From positions 16,988,001 to 17,052,000 of the forward strand of contig CM022679.1 of the NCBI GenBank assembly GCA_012295275.1: a stretch of DNA of 64,000 nt, read 5' to 3'. The notes under the pieces were generated by a model. The model did not search any database. It was not told the origin of the DNA and saw only the letters and a list, made by a program, of their open reading frames with translations. Shown one piece after another: positions 1 to 10,359 of the stretch (position 1 is the stretch's first letter; each line of letters begins with the position of its first letter). Both the position numbers and the translations under genes were made by a program. This stretch comes from Chrysomallon squamiferum (lineage: Eukaryota; Animalia; Mollusca).

Positions 1-12
1 ATTAATACTGAT

Positions 13-1415
13 TTGAAGTTGTCTGGGGACTTGGGAAGAATTGTGATACCATTGAAGTCCACTGAGGCACCCACAATAAACATGGAAAATGAGACAATGC
101 TGGATAGTCTTCTCAAGTGCTTGAAAAGCAGCAAGTTGCCTCTGCATCTCCTCCAGTCACTGAAAAGAAAATTCTGCCAGCAGACACTCCCCAGATTGTG
201 AAGAAAGATAACTCTTCTTCAGAGATTCTCAGTAGTGTGCTCATCTCTGGAAAGACAAGAAGCATGAAGACAACAGATACAGATTGGTACTCAAGTAGTT
301 CCTCAAATACCTACTGACAAACTTATATCATTACAGAATCAAGAGTTGATGTTTTCAGGCCAGTTTAAAGAACATTTTGGATTAACTTTGCAATTGGTTC
401 AAGTGAAACTGAAAACCTAACGATTCTCAGATCTCTGATCAGGGAAGAGGTGGAACAAGCATTGAGAAGTTGGTGTCAAAACAGTCAGAAATCAAGGATG
501 GCCACAGCAGTCCAGCTAGGAGACAAACCCTTACAACAAAGGCTCAAGCATTTGTAAATGAATATCAGACCAAAAAGAATGAAGGCAGGCAGAAGGAAGA
601 ATATACAAGTGAAAATAAAGATGTTAAAGAGTCTGGTGAGAAAGATAAAAGTAATGCATTGGGACAACCAAATTTCTGAGTCACCTGTTAGAGTAAGACG
701 ACAGGAACAAAAAGATAAGAGTGTTGTGAGTCTGACTTGGAAGTTACAGAACCTGACAATGTTCAGGAGACTGATTCTGCTTCGTCTGAAGGAACAAAAG
801 ACATGAACGGTCATGGAAAGGTGTCTAATAAAGAGAGCAAACTGAAGGACATGAGTCTATTCACCTCATTTGCAGGCTCGAAACTGCTAATAAAACATTC
901 TCGAGTTAATGCACAACAAACTCATTTGTTTTCTTGTCTTTTTTCCACTGGAAAATCAGATTCTGAAGCAGACAGCAAAATAGAAGAGGCAACAGTTGGC
1001 ATGAAAGATGTGAGAGTGGTATGTCGAGGACACTGAGTGTGTCAGAGAAGGCAGTTTGTGCCTATGTCAAATGGCAAAGCAGTTAAAAACTAAAGCTTGT
1101 CAGCAGTAACTAAAGATATGGGTTATTAAAATGACAGCTGTCTCATTGGCCAACGGCTTCCACAAAATAGACCCCACCCAAAACAGAAGAATAACAGTTC
1201 CAACTACCCAGTTGCCAAGAACAGAATGCTGTGTGGCGGGTCAAGCTCCAGGGATGCGTCCCCTGCCCCATTCATCTGGGTCAAGACTGGTGGCTATGAT
1301 GAGCATTCAGGATATGTTCGAGTTGATCAAACTAAAACCAAAACCAGAAGGGAAAAGTTTTGCAAGATCTAATAAGAATGACAAAAAACTAATGCCAAAT
1401 ATAGAGAATATCTGA
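13..1415 (+). pseudogene. Degraded, multiply interrupted coding remnant, possibly retroelement ORF1/gag-like
   Basis: More GC-rich, purine-skewed block with overlapping broken ORFs in different frames (117-317, 470-679, 737-1036, 1131-1415), a coiled-coil-like LRSLIREEVEQAL segment, and no convincing splice structure. The family assignment is inference only. Confidence 0.3.
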
Positions 1416-1724
1416 AGTGTTTGTAACTGAATACAAGACAGCACTTACCATACAGAGAAGAGTACGCATGCTGAATCAGGAAAATAAGAACATTTTCATT
1501 AAACTCAAATGAACAAGGACATGAACAAAGAATCTGAAAATAGCAGATATTAATAATGATTTTAGAGTACAAATTAACAAAATAATTATTTAATAATAAT
1601 GTCAAAATTATTAACACAGAAAATATAAATGAATGTTTTCAAATATTCTTTTTTTTAAGTTAAAGAAATAATTATTAATATAACTATATACAAGACATGA
1701 GACACAATATTCAGATGTACCCAC

Positions 1725-1900
1725 AATTTATTTTACATATTAAAACATTCACGCAAGTTTTAATTTAATTGAACACTCATGGATTCAGATAAAAAATTCT
1801 ATTAGTATCCAAACATACATTTATTTTACATATTAAAATGTACTCATGTAAGTTTTAACATAATTGTACACATGGATTCACGTGTTTTAAATATTAAAAT
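1725..1900. repeat. Local imperfect tandem duplication (~95 bp period)
   Basis: atttattttacatattaaaa...gttttaa..taattg.aca..catggattca occurs twice, with a partial third copy. Confidence 0.6.
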
Positions 1901-2198
1901 GTATTCAAATATATTAAAACTTTTCTTAAATATTAAACAAATAATTTATGTAACTACATATGCACACACATACACCAACAAACACACATATAAAAACATA
2001 CACAAACACACACACTGATGTACAGAATACTCTGTTAATGAACATATCCATATTTATTTACTAAATTCTGTATTTTCTTGCAGGTGTTATGTAATATTAA
2101 GCATTTTCAAAGCAAATGAATACAAATTTTGGATGTTTCAAGACCCAATGTCATTTTCTAGAAATGTCAAGGACCTCCTTCAACATTCAAGGACTTAC

Positions 2199-2223
2199 CA
2201 TCATCATCATCATCATCATCATT
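2199..2223. repeat. (CAT)n microsatellite
   Basis: Read directly from the sequence. Confidence 0.9.
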
Positions 2224-2962
2224 CGAACATTGGGCAATGCAGCTAATGAACCAACAACAATGGAAAAAACTAATTTACATGACCCAGACTGACAGCTCTG
2301 GAATATTTTGTGCTCAAAATAAGACAACACTATAGCTTTTTTAGAAGTTTAATCCAATATTTCTTTATCAATATCCACATATAAAATAGAGAAAAGGTAA
2401 AAAAAACAATAATTTTTTAACTGTATTTTTTAAATTTGTATTTAGGAAATTCCTACACTACAACATATAAACCAAGCAAGAATACAAAAACAGATTTCTT
2501 TATAAAATAAAGTTTTACAAAGTCCCTAAAAACATTTATATTAGATTTTTATTTTATTTCCCACTGCATAAAATTAAGGCATATTTTCTTATTCTTTCTT
2601 ATCAGGAGAATTCTGTCTAGATCATTATATTTTGCTTTACAAAGCAACTGAAAAGCAGATTTTTACTATGGTGTATGAGGAGTATGTTGTAAAATATGCA
2701 TTTAGGAAAAAAAAAAAAAATGTCTTTTTCTGTTTAGTGCTTTATAATATATTTCTTTACAAAGTCTTGTAAAACATTTATCAAGTTTTTGCCTGCCAAA
2801 TACAATCAAGGACAAGTATGAGGATGGGAGACACGTCTGTTTTGTGATGGCAAATGCAGATTTTGCACATTGACTTTGATATGGATGATCTGCCCATTCT
2901 CTCTCAAAACTTCAATAATAATATCAGTCTGACTGACATGTGGATGAACATCAGGATGGTAA

Positions 2963-5900
2963 TTATTCAGTTACATCTGTTACAAAGAGAAAAATGAAAT
3001 TCAAAGCTTGTGGCAGAAAAGATAGGTTGCATGAGAAAAGTAACATTTTTGTTGAAATTCAAAACATCAAGAATCAGTTTTAAAATTTTAAATTTATAAA
3101 TTCATTTTCACTGAAAATGTACTGCATAATATTTTTCAAAGTCTTTGCCTATTCTTATGTACATAAATATAAAGATATTGGTTTGCAATGCTGTAGAGGT
3201 AATATTTCCAATATCCCTTTAACAGTAAATAATATTTCAAAAATTGTTTTTTTCAAATTAATGTTCAACCTTGTAAGTGGAAATGGTGAATATTTTTAAT
3301 TCTGAAAACAAATAAAATCATCAAATGATACAAACCACTCTTTTGATACAGTATTGTAGAGTATTGCTCCTGAAATTTGCTGAAGTCAAACAACCACCGA
3401 TTGATCTGTAACAAGTCTTTATCCACATTTAATTGTTTCCTCAGATCTGTCAACTTTGATTTCAGCCTCAAAAAATAATGCAATTCATTTTCGATTGAAA
3501 ATACAAAAATACAAATTCATTGGTTTTTTCATGTAAGAAGTCATTTAGTATTTAACTTGCAGTTGTGATATAGAGAGAATAATTGCTTTCTTTGACATTC
3601 TAATATTTCAAACCTTTTATTAATTATATGTTAACGTATACCACATGCAATCCAGATTTATGTATTTTCTTATACTTTAATATATTCTTAAGAGAGACAC
3701 TGCATTAAACTGATGTATCATACCTGATATTCACCTTAACTTGTCTGTTAACAATTCTCAAGAAATAATGGAATAAATGTATTCACAAAGTTCATAAAAA
3801 ATACTGATTACTCAATATTCCAGAAAGATAATTATCAACTGCATGTTTTGTTTTCAAATATTGAATTAAATTTGTTCCTATGACTATGAGACATACAAAT
3901 TTTCACATAAATTTTCAAAAAAGTAACAAGATACATCTGAAAATACTGTAATTATAATCCCTTTAATACAATGTCATCTAGTCTTAAGTGTATTTTGTGG
4001 TCCAGAAACAGTTTAAATTTAAATTAAAACAGTGTTAAAAACAGAAAAACTTTGAATGGTTTTACAATTCAGATATATTTTATTTAACACCTATTTTTAG
4101 TTGTATGTTTTTGCAACTTTCTGTTCCAATTTTTATTGCTACAGTGGTAAAACAAGAAAAGATTTAAAATTCCATATTTTGTGACATGCCTGCTTTTACT
4201 GAAACAATGCAATTTTGAGAATCATTTCTGAACCCACTAATCTAAAAATTATATAATAATAATTAAAAAAAGTTTAAATTAAACTGATTTATAAATATAT
4301 AAATTTAAATGAGATACATTACTCAGTGGTTTAATATTTCATTCTGCTGAAAGTTGTGACGGTTGCAGAGCACACTTATCACAATGGAAAGTACATGGTT
4401 CATAAAAAAAGTATTGCACAATTTAACAAGGCTCATCTAAAATGACTGACATTTATCAGACATACACACACACACCTTAGTTTTCTTTGTTGTAATTCAC
4501 AAAGTCCATTTCTGAGTCTTTTCACACTGCTCTGTCTCTGAAAAAAAAAAGAGGTATTTTTGTCAGTTAAATTTTGACATGCAGATGGGTTATAACTCAT
4601 AAGATGAGTTTTTGGTCTAAGAGAAGTGTATACATGTAGAAAATGTACATTGTAATGGATTGTATTAATCATCCATGCAGGTATGCATTTTTTAAATCTA
4701 TATTATGGCTAAACAAAAATTATTACACCCAGGAAACTTTTATATGTTTTAGTTAACATGTGGGAGATTAAATTTCAATAAAGGTCATCTAAAGGTCATC
4801 TCAAGGTCACACGAGCCCCAAATTTTCCCAACTGAACAATAATGGCAGATTTGGAATCCTTGTCATATTGCCTTTTCAACAATACCAGTTTTATGAAGAT
4901 TATTATTATCATCATTATTTTACTATTTTTGAATCAATTCTGTTTCACTGAAAATCTTGGAACAAATATGATTTCTTGGCATACTGACCTGATCTTTCAA
5001 CAAACACTAACTCTAGTTGACTCTATATTTATGAATGGTTATCAGATATGGTAAACTTTAACATATGAAAACAATAGTTATGAGATGGTAATAAATTTTA
5101 CTATACAAAGAGAATGGTTAAGAGATGGTGGTAAATGTTTATATATATCAGTATATAAAAGAAAAGAGATTATTATTAGTTACCATTTACCGTACCTAAG
5201 TAGATATTCAAAGAAAGACAACTACTATTACATTTCAGAATCAAATTTAAAAACAAAACTTCATGACAATCAGTTAATTGGGTTCAAAAAATATTATTTA
5301 TTTATTTCAGTTAGTAATTAATATTTATGTTGCTTACCTTCAATATTTGAGCCTGGTGCATCTTTATCTGAATTATTTGTGATATCTAAAAATTATAATA
5401 AATAAATATTCAATATAACATTAATCACTTGAAAACAAAACAATGACTATGCATTTGCATTTCTAATCTAACTATAAACAATATATTCCATCAAAATTAA
5501 AAAATTACAAGTTTTCTTAAAGTTCTTTAAACCAGTTAAAATATATTTATCACATACTTCTTATCCTCTTTAAAAGATTGAAAAAAACCCCATTAAATAA
5601 CATATTTCATGTTAATAATAGTAATACAAAATAAAAACTTACACATTTTCTCAATTCTTTTTTTGTGATATCGGTGACTTTCTTCACTGCTATACGACAC
5701 AAATTGGATTCACCTTTTTCACTTCAATAAAAAATAATTATAGCTACAGCAATCATAGATTTTAAATTAAATTAAATTTTACATATGAATTTCATCGAAA
5801 TCTTTATTTCTTTTATTATTAAAAGAAATTTTTATAAATTAAAAGAGTTGTAAATAAGGGATAATTTGTAAATAGAAAAGGTTAATTTCATTTTCCTGTA

Positions 5901-8900
5901 CAATTAATTTTTCTAGTAATCAACACAAGAAATATACCCTTATAATAAAAGGTAACTTGAAGGCCATGACCTTAAATTTTTCACAAACTTATAAAATCTG
6001 AAAGCCCTTGTAATACATATTTAAGATAAAGGAAATGATCCTTTTTTATCTCTAAACTGCAATTTTATACATCCCTGAGTTTTAAAGAAATGGATAATTT
6101 TTTTTTTCTTAACATGTCTTAATAGTTTGAACTAGTTTAATTTAAATATTTCTCTGAAATTTAAATATTTTTCTGGATTTGTTATTTACATCATATCTTC
6201 AGCTGTTTCTGTAATGCATTCATAAACAACATCAAGGTCAAGGGTATCTTTTCCTTGTCGTACACTGTGTTCATCATACTGCAAAGATGAGGATTCTGAA
6301 ACAAATTATTACTTGAATAGTAATTAATACATAAAAAGGTATTTTAAAAAATGAAAATTTCAGTCTCAGACTAACATATATAAAATTTCTGTATGGACAA
6401 GAAAATAAAAACAAAATATCAGTAACATTTGTTTTCTAATGTTCTGTTTTAAAAACTGTGAAAAAAGTAACAAAAGATTTATTCATGTGCATTTCCACAA
6501 ACTCTAATTTGTGTTTAGTGAAGTGGTATTATTTCATTTAAAATTAAACTGATATCATCTGAAAGTCACATCTACCACAATAAGCAGACTGCCTCTTTTT
6601 CTGATCATCTCTGATAAAGCTAAAAAACACAATAATAACACAATTATCAACCTTCATCACAAGTGCTTGTTGAAGGCTTCCTGTCATAAGCTTGTTTTCT
6701 CTTTAAAACATCTTTTTTCATAGACACTGTCTGTTCACAGGTTATCTGAAAATTGAAAATGTGGAAACTATTAATAAAACATTAAAGGTACTGATATATT
6801 TGTATTGATTTTAATAAATGTTAAATATTTTGTTTCATTTTCAAGAATTTATTATTATTATCATATAAATAATCAATAATCAGTATTTTCTGACATGAAC
6901 TACTAATAACTAAAGGTTATAAATCTTCTCCTTTTTTCTTTCAATAATTATTTACCTCAAGGAGACAGTTCAATTAATTACTCTTCACATAAGAAAAATC
7001 AAATCAGTTTTAGATCAGTTTTCCTTTTGATCTTTCAAGTGGATCTGGGAAAGTGAAATCATTATCTGAGCAAAGTGTTTTATACAAATCTCTGAAGTTA
7101 AGAAGACCCGGGGCACATCCAGTTTGTATTACTGTTATCAAAGAGATACTTATTCTAACTGTATTACAGATTACAGGCTGTTGTGAACAGAAGGTAATTT
7201 TAAGGGCATAGATATCATAACTGCTCCATGGTTTATAATAGAGTTACTTTGAAAATTTCAGCTTAAACCTTTCTGATTATAATTGCAAATTGTTACCTAT
7301 CAATATTATAATTATGCATGAAATAAAAACATGAATAAACAGATTATGATCATGTTACACTTCTATAATTAAAATTAGCTTTAAATTTTGAATGTATTGT
7401 TTGGAAGTTTTGTTAAGCAAAATCCAAGGATATTAGTAATATAAACAATTTACATTAAGCATTTTTTTCTCAGTTGAATCAGCCTCTGGATTTCTCACTG
7501 AATCAATTATTTTTCCAGCTGTATGTAAACCAGCATCAGTAGCATCAACAGCTCCCTCCTCTGTCTCATTTTCACTTTCATTCTTTTCAGAATTATTTGC
7601 TGGTGGAAAAAAAAAAAAAAAAAAAAAAAAATATGTGTACAGGGAAGAACTGGTTACTACTCCAGTTTTTACCATTTGACCTGAGCAGGATAAAGCCAAT
7701 AATATTAAGACTGCAACCAGTTATTTCTTTTATCATGCAAACCCAATAATACAAAAATTAAATGAAATGAACTATTTTATTTACTGCTCTCATATCTGTG
7801 CATACATGTTGTAAGGAATATCAAATTCAGTAATGAATAAAACAAAAATATTACTTTTTTTTTTTTTTTTAACTATTGAATTATTATTAAAATCATTAAG
7901 TATCACAGACATTTTCCAGATATCTGCATCATCTATGGTACTGGCAAGAACATTTTTTAGAATCTCTGACAAATATAAATTAATTAATGTTGCAAGCAGG
8001 TTAAAATCTTCAGCTTCATCTCAAACAAAATATTGTTTGTATGTTTATTTATAATGAAATATTTATCAACAAAATTTTAAAAAAATAACTAAGTTTAAGC
8101 TGTCTTATGAAAATGGAGACTCCATATTTCTTGCATGTTGCAATAACAATTTACTTTGCAGATTTTAGTGATTGTGGTTTTTTTGTTGTTGTTTTACATC
8201 AGAAAAAATTTGTGAAATATTATTATTTCTCAGTAATAATTAATAAATTTACCATCATTACTGACAATCACAACAGCTGGATCCTGCTTAACAGCTTCAG
8301 AGATGTTGTCACTGTAGTTATGAGACACTGGTGATGATGCTACTTGTTCATTCTAGAAATAGGTTTTAAAAATTTAATGTCCACTGACTATTAGATTAGT
8401 CAATTCTGACATATTTTAACAGACAATGAAATTATATCACATTAGTAAGCATATTTAAAGATAATAAGAATTTTTTTATTATTATTATTATTTTAATCAT
8501 TTATATTTGTTTTAACATTTTTCTCTTAACAAGTGTTGGTAAATTTAAAAAATAAAAATCTAATTTCAAAAACTTATTTGTATAAAGTATTGATTTAATA
8601 ATTAATGTTACAAAGTATTTTACCTATTATTTGGAAAATTGCCAAAGTTTTTTATTTACAAATGAATTCAATTTACACAGAAGCTAAAGTTGAATATGAC
8701 ACCCAGCAAACATCTACTAAAAATTCTGTATTTTTACTAGGTGTTAAAATCAAGTAAAAAAATATAAAATATTATACATTTCTATTTTAAGATAAGGCAT
8801 ATACATGAATTTAGAGATCAAACATATTGGTTAACCAGTATAATACAAACCTTTAATGAGTACATTTCGTTATGTAACTTATTGTAAGCCACTCGAATGA

Positions 8901-9830
8901 AAACAGGTGCATCTTATGGTGTATCCTAACTGGACAAAGCATGTTTTTTTTAGAACCATTGATTTCAGTTGCAGCATCCTAACTGCACATGTACAGTGCA
9001 ACAGTTTTAGCTTGTCGTGCGCATGACAAAATAGGAATTGTTTCTATTTTGTGTCAAGCTACACAAGCATCTAAAATATATTAACCAAATTCAAACAAGA
9101 TTATTTCCCCAGTACATGAAAATGGAAGATGAACAATTCATCCATCTTGTTCAGATGTTGCCAGTACTTTATGACAGTTCTTTATCAACATACAAAAATA
9201 ACAACAGAAAAGAAAATGCCTGGGAAAATATTATACTGGAAAAACTGGGTTTACCTAGTAAGTAATGTGTGTGTGTTATTATTAATATGCATGTATAAGC
9301 TTCTTGGAAGGTCCAATCCTACCCGGGGTGGGGGAAAGGTAGCTTTACATTAAGAGGACAGAACATTTTAATACATACCCTGATAGGTTTAACTTGTCTT
9401 CGGTGGTGGATGTTTCAAAACGGTTTTGTCGCTATGTTCGTGTCTGGTTAGGATAGAAAAAAAAGTGTCGCTTGTGACCGGTTAGGATACAGCTTCAGAT
9501 GGGAAACAAAATAAAATAATAGTCTTCGATAAATTAGGTCAATTTTTATTACTTACTTCATCCACTCCCGAGTTTTGCCGATTTTCTTCATTTTCCGACA
9601 CATGTTTCCAGTTTCTTACAAATGTAAATGTTCTTTGCTTGGTTTCATGATTCCTACAAATATTATAAATATTAAATCATTACTGCTCACACCATTCAGT
9701 TAGTCCTATACAAAACACATTAACGGATTAATACGTTACTGAACTGTCTTTAAACGTATTATTACTTATTACATTTACGTAAGCAGTATTCTTACGCATA
9801 TCTTTTTTCAAAATTAACAGCTGATGCCAT
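2963..9830 (-). CDS. CENPU: CENP-U (MLF1IP/CENP-50)-like kinetochore protein, 11 exons, ~303 aa
   Basis: Exons 9830-9796, 9653-9557, 8352-8253, 7599-7454, 6745-6652, 6295-6190, 5721-5643, 5385-5338, 4537-4476, 3466-3336, 2976-2963. All introns are GT..AG with matching phases and give an open 912-nt frame starting aagATGG. The acidic, low-complexity N-half is followed by KDTLDLDVVYECITETAEDMIEKGESNLCRIAVKKVTDITKKELRKCISQIIQIKMHQAQILKRQSSVKRLRNGLCELQQRKLRLKSKLTDLRKQLNVDKDLLQINRWLFDFSKFQEQYS. This aligns by eye with the vertebrate CENP-U C-terminal region (recalled as ELNIVLPEF...ESKVCKAAI...YFLSNLKQLYQDYS). The gene structure is more certain than the name; the last exon is tentative and exon 10 uses a rarer GAG acceptor. 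Confidence 0.65.
4782..4809 (+). promoter_or_regulatory. Three AGGTCA half-sites in tandem DR5 spacing, inside a probable repeat relic
   Basis: AGGTCA-tctaa-AGGTCA-tctca-AGGTCA is read directly; function is untested. Confidence 0.3.
9117..9265 (+). mobile_element. MADF (Myb/SANT-like Adf-1) domain fragment, probable PIF/Harbinger relic, in intron 2 of the CENP-U-like gene
   Basis: MKMEDEQFIHLVQMLPVLYDSSLSTYKNNNRKENAWENIILEKLGLP matches the MADF pattern (I..V...P.LYD.....YKN...K..AW..I...LG). It is followed by a gtaagt donor-like site; no continuation exon was found. Confidence 0.6.
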
Positions 9831-10359
9831 CTTGACAAATTTTAAGTTTTGGACAACATTTTGCTTGAAGAATCAAGAGAAACACATTTGGGCTTCCCGC
9901 TAAAACATGGAAATACTTTTTGTGGCAGAAATGTTCAGCGCTATCATAAACATACAAAAGGAGCATGCGCATTTCATGTCTTGTGCCATATAATTACTGT
10001 TGATATTAATCAACAACAAATGTACAAATTGTAGTAAACATTTTCGCAAAAAATAAAAAATAAAAATAAAAATTGCTGGCTAAATTCAGTATCATAACTG
10101 TAAAATTATCAGAAAACAAAACCCATATCAGTATATCATTTATATGGCTTAATTAATAATTTTTGCCTTGACCGGAAGATGATTCTGTTTGCCATAACTG
10201 TGGGTTCTGTATGTAATGTCGTGTTTATCCGATCTCACTGGACAAGCGGTTTACACCCCATAAGTATTTTGCTGTGAGGTGAAGGCCACAAACAGCACTG
10301 TTAGCAGCAACCAAAGAAATGTTGAAATCAGAAATGGTACCAATTTCTAAACGGAAACC
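9831..10359. promoter_or_regulatory. Bidirectional promoter / 5' UTRs between the CENP-U-like gene and TEDC1
   Basis: Divergent ATGs are 530 bp apart and CpG is locally retained. Motifs seen: CTTGAA (CHR variant, 9864-9869), TTCCCGC (E2F-like, 9894-9900), GCATGCGCA (NRF1-like, 9963-9971), ACCGGAAG (ETS-like, 10171-10178), and CAAGATGGC (YY1-like) over the minus-strand ATG. Confidence 0.65.

Noticed and set aside
7790-8020. Open minus-strand frame (SEILKNVLASTIDDADIWK) as an extra exon of the CENP-U-like gene
   Set aside because: No phase-compatible GT donor was found, and exon 3 splices in frame directly to exon 4.
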